A stretch of 64,000 nucleotides of DNA from Camelus dromedarius (Eukaryota): assembly GCF_036321535.1 (NCBI RefSeq), contig NC_087437.1, positions 101,186,001-101,250,000 of the forward strand. Direction: 5' to 3'. The position numbers and the translations under genes were made by a program. The notes beneath the pieces were generated by a model, which was not told the origin of the DNA, did not search any database, and saw only the letters and a program-made list of their open reading frames with translations. Position 1 is the first letter of the stretch, and the number at the start of each line of letters is the position of its first letter. Below are positions 1-13,076 of the stretch, piece by piece.

Positions 1-690
1 GCTTTCCATTCTTCTTTCCAAGTACGATTATTTATTGCACTTCTGTTCTTATTCCTCTGTTGTGTGTTGGCAATAGAAGAAGCAGGCCACTTGCCTTCAT
101 TTTATATACTTCTGGATCAAAAGTTTGATATAATGATTAAACTAAACTCTGGGTATTCTGGGAGGGGGGTGGTTATATTTTACAAGTGGGAAAGAGCCAT
201 ACATGACCAAGATGGTAGAAGCTGGCACGTTTCATTATTGGCCCATATTCTTTGCTATGTGACTGTTGTTCTTCCAACTATAGATGTGATATATACGTCA
301 CATTCCTTGACTTCAGGTGCTCAATTTTGGCCTGCCTTGGCTAATAAAACAAGGCCAAAGAAAGGACTAAATGCCAGCTTTGACTATTGTATAAAAGAGA
401 GATCTTATTTTTCCCCTTATGCCTTCTTGTGCCTTTGACACAAGAGCTCACTGAGGTTATCCCAGTGTTTACAGTAGGAGGATGAGAGAAAGGTGGGGCA
501 GTCACTCTGTTTAAGCAAGCCTAGCAAAGGCCAGGGAAGATCACCCAATTTGCAGATACGTTTTCATTGCCAGCCACGATCAGCAAAAGAAAGAAAAGAA
601 GTCGGACCCCAAACAGTCCAAACTGTTGATTGCAATTTAAATTAAGTTTAAGGGAAAGAAGAATTATTTTATGAGGCTACAAATCTGATC

Positions 691-890
691 TGAACAATGA
701 TTGCCTATGGATAGTGGGACTGACTGAAAGAGGGTGTGATGGAACTCGGGGGGTGACTAAAGTGTTTGTTTTACATCTTGATTGGAACTTTGGTAACATG
801 ATGTGTCTATTTATCAAAACTCATTAGCTTATAATCTTAAAATCTGTTTATTTCAATATTTGTAAATTTTATCTCATTTTTTAAAAATTA
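691..890 (+). mobile_element. Old L1 (L1MB/L1ME-like) 3' end fragment
   Basis: Resembles the L1M 3' UTR terminus (..TCTTGATTGGAACTTTGGTAACATG..TCAAAACTCATT..CTTAAAATCTG..TGTAAATTTTATCTC) followed by an A-rich tract; boundaries approximate. Confidence 0.65.
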
Positions 891-1159
891 TAATGATAAA
901 ACAGTATATATGAGTTTTCAAACTCAGAAAGAACTTTGGGAAAAAGAAAACAAATTGATTAGTATAACATGAAGAAGAAAATAGGGGATAAAATAGTAGC
1001 GAAAATTTATAGTAAATGAAAAAAACATAATAGAATTAATTCCAGACATGTCTGTAATTCCCATAGTTATAAATATGTTAAATGTAAAGATTAAAACAGA
1101 GACACTAATATTGTGTAAAAAAGTATAATCCAGCTCTTCTTTGTTTTCCTGATCAATTC

Positions 1160-2140
1160 AGTTCTACAGGGTTTAGGTAGCAGAGCTGGAAGGTGGCCCT
1201 AAGGAATGGCATTCCTGCTTGGGGCACTGGAGCAGAAGCTTGGAGAGCAAGACATTCACAGGAAGATTCACCTGGCATGGGATGAAGCAGGCATCGAATG
1301 ATGGCTGGCATCTGTCCTGGGATGTCAGAGACAAATCAGGATAAAAAGAGCCCCTAATGTGTGGGAAGGCTCCTCGTGGACTGTCAAAGCCTGCAGGGTG
1401 AAGAAGACATTAAACTCAGATGGGTGATCTGGTATACAGTTTGAGAACCTAAGCAGGATAAGGAAAGTAGACACTGGGAGGCCTGGAGTGCGCGACCAAG
1501 TCTAAGCAGAGGAGAAAGGGTGGTATGTGTGTACATGGCTGGCTGTTCCCAAGGGGGTTTTCAGAATCTGAACAGAATAAGGGATGCAGTTAGTGTGAAT
1601 ATTGGAATCTAACTGGAATAAGTGGAGGAGACATCATTTTAATCAAGCAATCACACTGATCATCAGCAATGGAACAAAGCTGTGTAATGTAATAGAAAAC
1701 AAAGATAAAAAGACAGCCTCACTGTATTCCTGCTGAAGATACGTAACCTGAATCTAATTATGAGAAAACATCAGACAACTCAAATTAAAGTGTACTCTAC
1801 AAGATATTTGGCTGTACGCTTCAAAGTATCAAGGTCATGAAAATTAAGACTAAAACTCTGTTCCAGAAAGTTCAAGACATGATTCACAACTCAATTACTT
1901 TTCTATAAAAGGAATCATTGAGATAATTGTCAACACTTGAATGGAATTTGAGGGTCAGATGATAAAACAGTGTCATTATTAATTTCCTGATTTTGATAGT
2001 TATATTGTGGTTATATAGGAGGATATAGTAGTGCTATATCAGGGATAATGGGACATCAGATCAGTAATTTACTCTTGAATGATTAGGAAAAACACTTTTT
2101 AGTATTATACTTGCCCCTTTGAAGTTTGAATTTGTAATAT
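1160..2140 (+). mobile_element. L1MC (L1MC3/4-like) 3' UTR
   Basis: CCTGAATCTAATTATGAGAAAACATCAGACAA..TCAAGGTCATGAAA..AATTTCCTGATTTTGATAGTTATATTGTGGTTAT is typical of L1MC 3' ends; the upstream part is a degenerate G-rich tandem array. Confidence 0.7.
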
Positions 2141-2299
2141 ATATATTGGGCATATACCCATATATATTGTGCATACATGGATGCATATACAACATTAAAC
2201 AGAATGAGAATTTTACTGCACAGCAAACCTAATAGTAAAATAAAAGTTTAGATTATCATTATCATATATTTTATTCAAAATTATGCGGAAGTGCTATCC

Positions 2300-2500
2300 A
2301 TCTTCCCAGAAAGAGACAAAAATACAAAATTTTTTAAAAGTGTTCTTACTTCTGTAGAATTATGCTTGTCTTCATAAAAAAGGTCCAAGAGAATCTGAAA
2401 AGACCTAGATCTATTTAGAAAATTCAGCAAATTTGCTGGGTACATTACAATCTTATACACAAAGAGCAAACATTAGAAAAATAATTAAACAATGTTATTC
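2300..2500 (+). mobile_element. Decayed L1 ORF2 (RT region) fragment
   Basis: ..CCAAGAGAATCT..AAATTCAGCAAATTTGCTGGGTACA.. matches the L1 ORF2 stretch 'NPKES..EFSKVAGYKIN' in decayed form. Confidence 0.55.
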
Positions 2501-2502
2501 AC

Positions 2503-2830
2503 CACGATAGTTAACTTCCTGTGTGTCAATTTGGAGGGTATTTTGGATGAAATTAAAATTTAAATCAGTGGATTTTGAGTCAATAGTTTGGCCCTTCATT
2601 GTGGGTGGGCTTCATTCAGTCAGTTAAAAGCCTGAATAGAACAAATAAACTAGCCTGAATAGAATAAGAGAAAATTCTTCAGGAGACCACCTTCAGACTC
2701 CATCTGCATCATCACCTCCAAATCTCCAGCTTGCCTGTCTGCATGGCAGAGAATGGACTTCTCAGCCCTCATAGCTGCATGAGACAATTTCTTATAATAA
2801 ATCTCTTTATATATAAGATATCTAGAAATG
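2503..2830 (+). mobile_element. MLT2-type (ERVL) solo LTR
   Basis: GATAGTTAACTT..TGTGTCAA..TGTGGGTGGGC..CCTGAATAGAACAAA..CTCCAGCTTGC..GGACTTCTCAGCC..ATAATAAATCTC follows the MLT2 consensus. Confidence 0.75.
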
Positions 2831-2889
2831 TATCATTGTCTAGTAGAATCTAACAGTCATTCAACATTTTAAAACTGTTCACTTGACGA

Positions 2890-3965
2890 GGCAGAGATTA
2901 TTCTAGTAATCTGAGGCTGATTTTATAACAGTATATTTATTAATATAACATATAAAATAAAGTGGAAGATCAAATGATCACATTAATTGATGGTAAAGAT
3001 ATTTGATTAAAGTTGGGAATTTTTAAAAATAAAAATTATAAATAAAAGGAAACTTTAAATACGTATATGTAATTTGACAAAACCAATAGGAGTTTTTATT
3101 CTAAATGGCAGACCCTTAGAACTATTTTCAGAAAATCCTAAAGATGAATTCTTTTGCTTGATGTCAGCTTAGTTATTTTACATTTTTTCCAGAGGACATA
3201 GAAGATGAGGATAAAAATAAAACATGGTTTTCTATACTTTGTAATACAAAAAGGAATGAAATTATCTCATGTTCATCATGTAATTATATTCATAGAACAT
3301 CTAAGACAGTCTAGAATTAGTAATGAAACTTACTAACATGTCTTTAAACAGACGTAGAAAAGTCAATAGCTTGTCTCTATGTAAGTAAAAAGAAGCACTG
3401 AGAATTGGATATGGGAAAAGTTTACAGTTCACAAAACTATAAATATTAGGAAATGTTTTGAAAGTAAAGAACCCAAAGGATAACTTGAACAAATGGAAAG
3501 GCATCCCTTGTTCTTGGATAGAAAGAATTAATGTAATAAAAATGCAATTCTCCAACAAATAAATTTATAATTTAAATGTAATTCCAATAAAAATATTATT
3601 TTTATTTCTAAAATATGTCCTAGAATTAGACAAAGAATAATGTTTAATAAAGAGAGGTCAGCAAATGAACAAGCTGAGAAATAATTTGCAGATACCAGAA
3701 TGCATTATAAAGTTTCTGTAATCAGTGCAGTGAGTAGAACAGAATTATACAAAGAGGTGGAAGACAGGTTAAGTTAAGACCTCAGGAAAAGTTTTCAGTA
3801 TACTTGAGGAAAAAGGGAATTTAATATATTGAAGTATGACTATTTCCATTCTGTTTAGAAAAGACACCTTATTAAAAAAAAATAGATGCTTAAGTGACTA
3901 AATATGCAGAAAAAAATTTGAGCCACTGAGTTGCATCATAATCACAAATAAATTCCACATGTATT
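2890..3965 (+). mobile_element. Old L1M ORF2 fragments
   Basis: Decayed matches to 'HMIISIDAEKAFDK' (ATGATCACATTAATTGATGGTAAAGATATTTGAT) and 'KWKDIPCSWIGRINI' (AAATGGAAAGGCATCCCTTGTTCTTGGATAGAAAGAATTAAT). Confidence 0.75.
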
Positions 3966-5034
3966 ATAATTCCAGTATATTACTGGGGTTTCATGAGTTC
4001 TGATCTCATACCCATGGACAGCTCACGAAGATATTTCCTAATTCTTGCAACATATTTATCCGCTGATTTCCATCTTTCGAGAATTTATCACAAATATTCT
4101 TGCTGCTTTCCTAAACTTATCTGAAGAGTTTTGTTCTGTTTCGTTTTGTTTTGTTTTCTGGGTCCCTAGAGACCGTCTGCTAGCTGGGGTAGCTTTGTTC
4201 CATTGTTCTAAGCACTAGACAACAAGTTCTTCCCTACAGGCTTGAATTTGCATGCTCCAGGGTTTTAATCATAAACTCGTGCATGCATCTCTGCTTCCCT
4301 TATGAGTCCTTAGACTTCAGCACTTCTTGGTGTTTATGATTTTGAATTCATTCTGTTTCTTGCATTGAGATGTTTCCTTTGCTAGTTACAAGTTTAACTT
4401 TATCCTTATATGAAAATGTGCATGCACACCTGTGTGTTTTTCTCTGCGTGGGGGTGTGTGTGTGTGCATGTGTGTGCCTGAAGCAGGTGGAGGATTCCTG
4501 CACCAGTTCAGGCCCATAAATCATAAGAAACCAACGATGTGCTTAACGGTTTCCTATATCATTTCTGTAATTTCTATTCATTTGTAACAAGAAAGGGTTG
4601 CAGTGTTCTCTAGGTCTATCAGTTTCAAAGAATTCTATTAGTTTTTGGCAACAGTGTAGGAAAAAATGACTTAAAAAGCTCAAAAGGGAAACCATTATAT
4701 TCATTGATTATATTTGGGAATTGAGGAAATATTTTAGTGAGGTAACAACTCACTTGGGCTCACAGGATACCTGTATTTTCTAGAAGCAGTGGTTGAGATG
4801 TGCCGCACAGCAATTTATAAGCCATTTCTATATATATAATCCTTTTTTATGTGTTTTCTTCACATCAAGCTCTTGACATAAGTATTATTTCTGCAAATTC
4901 CCTCTATAATAGAAGGTGACACAAAAGAAAATGGCTTTTCTTAGATTGTCCTCCCAATGACAGTGGATAAATCATTCAGACCTGAGAGGAAGATCCCATG
5001 ATCTCTCTCCTGAACCTCATGGTCTCCAAGAACA

Positions 5035-5160
5035 AACTTCCTTCGTTCCCTTTTGCTTCTTTCCCTCCTTCTTTCTTTCCCTTCTTCCTTCATTTCCTTC
5101 TTCCTCCCTTCCTTCCCTCCTCCCTTCTTCTCTCCCTTGTTTTGTTTTCTTTTTCTTAAT
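5035..5160. repeat. CT-rich low-complexity tract ((CTTC)n-like)
   Basis: Almost pure pyrimidine run with imperfect CTTC/CCTT units. Confidence 0.85.
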
Positions 5161-6330
5161 CCTTAATTATGTAACTATTTTTAAGGAACTTAAATGAGTC
5201 CCTAATATAAACAGGAGAGCAGTGGTTGTTTACTGAGCTGACTGTAAATTAAAAGCAAGTTTTACTGCCCTGAGACTGAACTTGGTACTAATGAGTACAA
5301 AATAGGTCCATTCAATAGAACATTGGGAAGGGACCATATTTTCATTCCTCTTCCATCAATATATAACACAAAAATATTATCTGCCAGCAAGAATGGCCTT
5401 AGTCCATTTATCTTCTGTTTAACAAGGATCTTTTAAGCATTGTACACAGTAAAAGCTACCTCCTTCTTCTTGATTTCCAGTCTTTAGAGTAGGATGTGTT
5501 TTAATTTTTAAGAAAGAAAATGCCTGTTCAGATGAAAACTAATCACTACACATCATTTTCAAGGAAGAGAACAGCAAACGCTTGGAAGACTGAATGTGTT
5601 GTTCTTTGTGAATAAATCTCTCTGATTATTCTTCCCTGTGGTTGACTAGCTGTATAAAACATGATTAGGTCTGATGCACTATTGATACACCATAGTCTTA
5701 GGTGGGGTTAATGGTACACTTAGCCTAGGCCTGCCTGCCTTTCTTTTCTCATTTCTGAGGCTGCATCGTGGCATAGCCCTTAGTCAATATGGCAGCCCCT
5801 CCCAGGCAGGTATTAAATTGAACAGGTGAATGGCAGCATTTTAAAATAGACCTGATAACCCAAACATGCTTGCGGGTTTTAAAGGGGCCACATCAGATGA
5901 AAAGAACTCGTGGACACTTGAGAGCTGACATATCCTTCTAAAAGAGAAAGAATCTTGAGAAATCAACTGGGCCATAGAGAATATACTCTAAAAACTCAAA
6001 CAGGGCAGAAGAATGTTTCTATTTCTCTAAAGAGGCATATAATATTTCATGGAAATATTCTTTCAAATAGTCAAATAGATTCACTTCTACTGTAATTTCA
6101 CATAAAAAGAGTTGAGATTAGTATGTCTAAAAATGACTTTAAAATCTCTCACATTTTGTCAGCAATCTTAGACTTTAATTCTAAAAAGAAAAAAGTCATC
6201 TTGAAAATATTTTTCCCCACAGTAGGTGCCCAAAGGAAAAAAATACAGTCTTCAAAAAGTGAGTTCATAATTCATGCAGTTTTTCAGTACGCAGAGAATG
6301 GAGCAGAAATTTCTGAAGGCTGTAAAGGAG

Positions 6331-6339
6331 GTGTGTGTG

Positions 6340-6372
<33 letters not shown>
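6331..6372. repeat. (TG)n microsatellite
   Basis: (GT)5, TT, then (TG)15 at 6343-6372. Confidence 0.97.
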
Positions 6373-6374
<2 letters not shown>

Positions 6375-6683
6375 TGAAAGTATATATATGAGAGAGAGGA
6401 GGGAGAGTTTCAGCAGATATTGTACAAAATTCAACATAATATTAACAAGCATGAGATTTCAAAAGGAAATTAAAAAAAAAACTCTCTGATGATGATCTTT
6501 AAATCTAGCACTTTATGTGAAAAACTACTTCAAATTAGAAACATATTGATCATTATCTGAATAAACTGTCAATCAGTGGACTATATCTGTTTATTAACAA
6601 ACCATTTATGATTCCTTTTATCATTAAAAACCTACATTGGTTTTATCAACTAACTAAATGGGAAAAAACCTCTAAAAGATAGC

Positions 6684-6742
6684 AAGGAGGAAGGAAGGAG
6701 AGAAGAATGGAAGGAAGGAAGGAAGGATGGAAAGAAGGAAAG
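6684..6742. repeat. Imperfect (GGAA)n repeat
   Basis: Repeated AAGG/GGAA units read directly. Confidence 0.85.
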
Positions 6743-7466
6743 ATCTAACTCAAAAAGTAATAAATAGTAGATGCCTTAGATGCCTTCACATGTTTAGTTC
6801 GTTGTCAAGCTAAACAAAACTTGACAGTATCCAGGAAGTTAGCCTAAGTAGAGTTAGTGTTAACTTAGCACCAACGGGCTGGGTGGGAACAATCAAGCAC
6901 CGGTCAGAGGTGTGTAAGGACTGTCAGTCCCATTAGTATCATGAGGCATGACCCAATTTAGTGCAATTCTGTGTATTTTAAAATGGCTGCAAGAAGGCAA
7001 ATGCTGCATGATGTTAAATGAAACTAACAGGGAGATGAAAATGAATAATTACTCGAAGGAAATGAATAACAACTGAGCACAAATGCCAGTTTCTTTGACT
7101 GTAAGTCAATAAAAGGAGAGAATCCTAGAGGGTAAGAGGTTTCTCAAAATTATTTTATTTTCCAGAATATTAAGATAAATGTGTGTGTGGGGGGTTGATG
7201 TCAATGATGGATGATTAATAAACATGATTTGAATGAATAAATTGGTATATTTTTAAAAGACTTATGTGAAAACTGCAGTAATAATAGAGAAAATGTTCTC
7301 TTACTTTTTAAAGTGTTCTTAACTGTCTATTTTTCTTTCTCCTGTGCACTATTCATACAACAAGAAATTGTTAGCTCTGCTATAGTTCCTCTCCCCAGCT
7401 AGTCCTCCGACAGCTTTCTGCCTCTCTTCTTTTCCTGCCTTCTTCATTCTTGTATCTCCGGCAGAC

Positions 7467-8986
7467 TGTGATATTGTGATTTATAATAATATACTGTATA
7501 TTTGGCCTTAGTCCAGTGGTCCCTGTCCCAGGGCTCCCAAGACCCCTGGAATTTCTTAAAGGATCAGAGAGATAAAGATGTCTTTTGTTATTCATAGCAA
7601 GCCCTCTTTGACCACACCTGAGTTTATGTTAATGAGGTGACATTGAAATTCTCTATGGGGACTCTGTGACAAGAACCAAACATGTGACTTGAGGTTTAAA
7701 ACTTGCAGCCTTACTCCCCTCACCCCCCAACATCTGACCTCCAGGGAGGGGACAGAAGCTGGGGGTTGACTTAATCACCACTGACCAGTGATTTCATTAA
7801 ATACACCTACATAATAAAGCCTCCATAAAACTCCCTGGACTAAGGGATTGTTCAGAGAGCTTCCAGGTTGGTGAACACATGGAGGTGCTGGGAGGGTGGT
7901 GTGCCTGGAGAGGACTGGGAAGCTCTGAGCCTCTCCCATTGTGCATCTTCTCCATCCTACTCTTCCTGAGTTATATCCTTTTGTAACAAGTGGTAACCTA
8001 GTAAGTAAACTGTTTTCCTGAGTTCTGTGAGAAGCTCTAGTAAATTACTGAAACACAATGAGGAGGTCCGGGGAACCTTTCATTTATATCCAGTCTTCAG
8101 AAACACAGGTAACAACCCAGGCAATCACATTCACAAGATTAGCATCTGAAGTATGTGTGTATCATTAGAGCAAGCAGATAGCTAGATGTGAGCAGAGAAG
8201 GTTGGGGAGCACGATCCAAATGGCAGGAAACCATACATCTTGCAATCAACAAGTGTCCTTGGGTAGACAAAGAAAAGCAGGAACCTCCAGCATGGTAAGA
8301 AACCAAAGATTTTGTGTTGACAAGTGTCCTAGAGGCAGATAAAGAAATGTGGATGGGGCAAGAATCCCCAGCATCAAAATGTGACTTTTGCTCATTATGC
8401 CCCCATTACAATGAAATTAGACTTTCAGATCAGAAGTACCCATCAGGCAGCAGCACCATGACACTTCTGATGAAGACTCCTCCTCTTGGGAAAGTGGAGC
8501 TGGAATAAAAATCAGGAAGCACAACCCCAAGCTCCTCCCTCCCCAATGAATATTCTACCCATTCATTTTTATACCCCATAAAAGCTTGCCAAAGAAACTC
8601 ATCAGAGCTGCTCACCAGAGTCTGCCCTCTCTCCCCTCAAAAGCATACAATCAACCTAGAAATAAATCCTTCCTTTGCTTTCTTGACCTCCAGGTCTCAT
8701 ATCTGAATGCTCTCTGGAATGAGACAAGAAGCTTCTCGCCAGTAACTGTGAGTGTGGTGAGGTAGGTAGTCTTGTTGGGATTTGCCTTTAACCCACGGTA
8801 TCTGATGCCAACCCCATGCAGACAGTGTTAGAACGAAATTCTATTGTAGGACACCCAACTGGAGTCAAAGAATGGCTTGATATGTGAGAAAATAAACAAA
8901 GTCACAGAGGTGTTAGAAATGAAGTGTTCTGTGAGTAGTGTGAACAGTAAATAAGAAAAAAATAGGGAGTTTTTTTCCTTTTCACA
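7467..8986 (+). mobile_element. MER21-type (ERVL) solo LTR, split by a nested LTR at ~8160-8746
   Basis: Begins TGTGATATTGTGA. Diagnostic blocks CCACACCTGAGTTTATGTTAATGAGGTGAC, GAGAGCTTCCAGGTTGGTGAACACATGGAGGTGCTGGGAGGGTGG and TTCCTGAGTTCTGTGAG. Resumes after 8750 with GTCTTGTTGGGA..TGTAGGACACCCAACTGG and ends ..TTCACA. Confidence 0.85.
8160..8746 (+). mobile_element. ERV1-class solo LTR nested in MER21
   Basis: Interrupts MER21 colinearity. TATA-like CATAAAA at 8577, AATAAA at 8661, ends GAGACAAGAA..CAGTAAC. TGTG on both sides (8156-59 and 8747-50) fits a 4-bp TSD. Family not determined. Confidence 0.7.
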
Positions 8987-10339
8987 TTTCTTAGTAAAAG
9001 CTTGTCTAGTGTACTCAAGTTTCTTCAACCATCTAGTGCAATATATCACACCACCCCTTTCTCCCCCGAAAAAAACTTCAGTGATTTAATGCAAAGACAA
9101 TGCTGTAATCCAATTACTAGTCAAGAATATCTCATGGCATGTTGCCAATCATCTCTCTTGCTGTTTCTCTGATGGTTAAATGTTTTGGGAATTAATTTTT
9201 CATCTAGATAGATCACTCAACGTTGCCACTGTAGCTTCTGGACTCAATCACTACCTCTTTAGTATGTCGCATGGTGGTTTTAACTTCTGGACTATACTTT
9301 CTTAGTTTAAGAAACCTGGGTTTATACAACAGCTATGAGGAAAATGTGTCCATTTTTGCTTCCTTTGATGTCCCTTAGGGCACTCATCCTCCCCCAGCCA
9401 GTCAGAGACCTGGTGATGCCTTTTTTCACTTGTCATCCATTAATTCATTAGTATCATGATTGTTTTTTTCCAGCAAAGATCATAGTTACCTTCCATAAAA
9501 AGATAGGCAATGTATTCAGGAAGTAGTGATTGAAAAATTTCCTTGACAAGTACATAAGAAGCAAGGGTTAAGATGTATTTGTTATGTTGTTATTGTTACA
9601 TTAAATATTTAATTTGTGATTTCCTATGCTTAAAAGACAAAGAAGCATAGATAGAAACAAAAGGCTATAGATAATGATGCCAGAATAAATATGATGCTGA
9701 TTAGTGATATTTTTATTCCTTTTTTAAATGAGGATTATCAAAAAAAATCTGGTTTAACAACTAGCAGAATATGGTGAGCTATTTACTTTAATGATTATCA
9801 TAAGACAGAAACTAAGAGAGAAGGAAAATCCCAGAGAAAAATATTGATGAAAACATTGAGTACATCAAAAAATCACAGTGATTGTATTGATCAAATTCAT
9901 TCTTTTATGCTTGACAAAGAACATTCAATAGCTTGAACTATCCATCTATCATTTTGACATTGCCCTTTGGAGAATAATTAACAGCACTAATTTATGTAAT
10001 TTATTTAGCCCATCAGGAGGTTTCAGAACTCACGTACGTGTTGAACATCTGTGTACTGTAACTTTACATCTATGGATGCATTTTATTTACATTTTAGGTA
10101 TGAGATATGACTGTCATAATATTTTAAGAATTTTTTTCAAACTGGAAATGAGTTTTTTTCTCACGTCATATTCCTTGAAGACATTTAAAAAAAAAGATTT
10201 TCAGATTTTAAGTGAGATGAGTATTTTTATTTTCTCCTTCCTAAGATAGCATGAGGAAGGCTATCAATTGCAAGGAATGAAACTTTAGAATTTAATAAGA
10301 GATTGTGCCCTGAAAAAAAAGTCTTTAGATGGTCTAGGG

Positions 10340-10651
10340 CAGCGCTATCCACTAGAAATTAAATTTGTACCACATATAGAATTTTAAGTTGTCTGTTAGC
10401 CATATTAAGACATAAGAAGAATCAGGTAACATTAGTTTCTTTAATAATATATTTAATTTAACCTAATATATCAAAAATACTTATTTCAACACGTAATCAG
10501 TATAAAAATATGAATGATGTATTTTACATTCTTTGTTCTGGCCTTGAAATCTGTTGTGTATTTCACATTTACAGTACATCTCACTTTGGAACACCCACAT
10601 TTCAAGTGCTCAGCATTCACATGCAGCTCTTGACATTAAACTGGACAGTGG
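10340..10651 (+). mobile_element. MER33 (hAT-Charlie) DNA transposon
   Basis: CAGCGCTATCCACTAGAAAT..CCACATTTCAAGTGCTCA..CTGGACAGTG, with a Charlie-like 8-bp TSD GTCTAGGG / TTCTGGGG (6/8). Confidence 0.85.
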
Positions 10652-11099
10652 TTCTGGGGAAGTTGATTCTTCAAAAAAAATGACTCACAGCTGGTCTGCC
10701 AAGAGAACTTTTACTTGTCACACCCAGGGAGCTAGGGTATCAGGGATATGCTTTGCCAACTCTGATTTCAGAATTATACAACTTCAGCCACAATCCAGGG
10801 ATTAGAGCATCATCAACGAATCCGTTGGCTTGTGGCACACAGCACCTTGACTGTAGCCCAGAGACAAGGACACAGCTTAAGATTCTATTACTATGGAAGA
10901 AAAGAAGCACAGACAGTGACACCAAGAGACTGTCTCTGTTGCAGTTAGTTACCCTCTCACCACTGAAATGTCTGTGCACACCTGCCTTTCCACATATACA
11001 TTTACCTCCTCCCCAGGGTAAGCAATGCAGTTGTCCATCCGCTGCTTCATCCAGTGCATCACCTAGGATTCGGGAATGAGGCACCACCTTCTCCATCAT

Positions 11100-12180
11100 G
11101 TCTGAATATAGCTATTCGTGGTTTGCTGACTAATAAAAAAAGTACATTTTGTATAACCCACTTCCCAGTACACACAATACACCATATTGAAATATACAAT
11201 AGTGGAGTAGGAACAGAATAACAGTGATAAAATATTTAAAATTTTAAATTCAGAAACAGTGGGAATATGAAATGGTAGTCCTTAAAAATTGTGACCTAAA
11301 AAAAACAAATTTTGATGGGCAGGAAAGGGAATGAGTCCTTCGGTTAGACTACCTGGGTGCCTTGAGTTCTTCTCTTTGGAATAAGGGGCCTTTGTTCATG
11401 GTCCTCAGTGGCCCCTGGCTTTGCCGTCGGGACTATGTCTCTCCTAGTCCATGGTCCTCTGCAAAGTGAAATGAGGTGCTGAATGGTGCTATGAATCCAG
11501 GAGTTGCAAAGTGTTCTTTGGCATCAGACCACTTGCTTCTGTCAATTCCACTTTTCAGTAATCACTATAAACAATCTAGTCTAGGCTTACTTTTTAAACT
11601 TGAAGACTAGTAATTAATTAATTATGGGTTGTTTTGGCTCTACCCACAGGATTTTTAGTTCTCTCTCATTTTCCAAGGCTGGACTGATTTTAAAATGAGA
11701 AGCTTGCGTCCCAGGATATTCCTCTGCCCTGGGCAAGATGGGATGGCTTGTCACCTTACTTCCTATGTCTGTCTCGCTTTTGAAGCCATGGAAAACCTTG
11801 CGCCTGGAGTGAAGGACAGCACCTTAATCCAATTTCTCTCAACAGGCTCCTGACTCTCATAAAGCTTAAGTTTTATCTCCTGCTAAGACTACAGCCTTGG
11901 GGCTCATAACTTCTTTGGTATTGCTATGTAGTCTCCGGATATAGGAAGTTCAGACAACTCAGAATGTTTTACTTATCAAAGTTCTTGTGTTCCAACCTGT
12001 CTCTGTTTTAGATCAAAATTCTCTCTCCTTAGGGCTTTCCTAACAGTAGCCAAAAGCAACCAGCACACACCAACATTCTGAATATTTTTTGCCATTTTCT
12101 CAAACACTGTGGTCTTGGTCAATGCATGGTTTATACTCTAAGATATTTGGAAAAAAACATTTTAAACTTTTTTTTTTAGA
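11100..12180 (-). mobile_element. MaLR (MLT1) internal-region fragment
   Basis: ATACAATAGTGGAGTAGGAACAGAATAAC..TTCAGAAA and AGCCAAAAGCAACCAGCACACACCAACATTCTG resemble antisense MLT1-int; heavily diverged. Confidence 0.45.
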
Positions 12181-12329
12181 TATAAAGGATATTAGTGTTC
12201 TATCTTCCAATACTTGACTAAACCTTGCCTATGCTTAATTACAGCACTCTGCAGCTGAGAGATGTTGTGAAGCAACTCAAGGTCACTGCAACGGAGAAAT
12301 ATCTAGCCTGGAGGAGTGAAACATCTCAC

Positions 12330-12600
12330 CTGATTCCAGATAAGTGACCCCTTCTCTGAGGTTTGAAGAATGAATAGACTCAAACTTGGAGTTGGGGAAA
12401 TATGGTTCATAATATTTGGAATAAGGAGACAGAGGGCATTCTAGGAAGAAGAAATGGAATAGATATATGTGGGGGGCATGGTACTATTGTGTATAGTTAC
12501 AAGGGTTCTGTTTTTTTCTGGCATGTAATATTAAAGGTGGAATTCTTGTGTGAGGTGAGAATGAGGAGTGGGGAAAACCCTATTAAGGAGGAATTTTATC
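12330..12600 (-). mobile_element. L2 fragment
   Basis: CTGAGGTTTGAAGAATGAATAG..GGCATTCTAGGAAGAAGAAATGG.. resembles the antisense L2 3' region. Confidence 0.5.
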
Positions 12601-13076
12601 CAATAATTAATGGTTAAGACCAGATTTGCATACTCAGCACATTTAATTTTCTAAGGAAATAAAATTTCATCCAAGAAAGTAACAAAATTATATGTATGTT
12701 TTTTTGTATCCTAAGAAGCAATACAGTAAATGAAATAGAAATTCAAATAAAAACAAGTTCTTTGAAATTTTAAATGGCTTCTGATCACTTAAATGGCAAA
12801 CTTTTATGAAAGATTTTACCTTTTTAAAATTGTGCTCATGTCATTTTATCCTACCACTCCCTTTAACTCTAACAGCTCTGAAATTTAATATTCTACTTTT
12901 TGACACTTTATCACCTCACATGGAAAAATTTCAAATACCTGAGGTAGGGGTTGAAGCTCTTTTGCAGTCTGTGGACATGGTAGATTAGTCGTAGATTCTC
13001 CTCTCCAGAAAGTCCCTGAAAGTTTATCTAAACAAAGTTCCACGTCCTAAAAGGAGCAAACTAAATCCTTCCTGGA

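Noticed and set aside
64..438. 124-aa ORF as a gene
   Set aside because: Non-ATG start, no recognisable domain and no convincing splice context.
1320..1630. CRISPR-like repeat-spacer array
   Set aside because: Units are highly degenerate, lie in an L1 3' UTR in mammalian DNA, and there are no cas-like genes.
10740..11099. Overlapping 119-aa and 108-aa ORFs
   Set aside because: No recognisable homology; adjacent to and probably part of decayed MaLR sequence; expected by chance in slightly GC-richer DNA.
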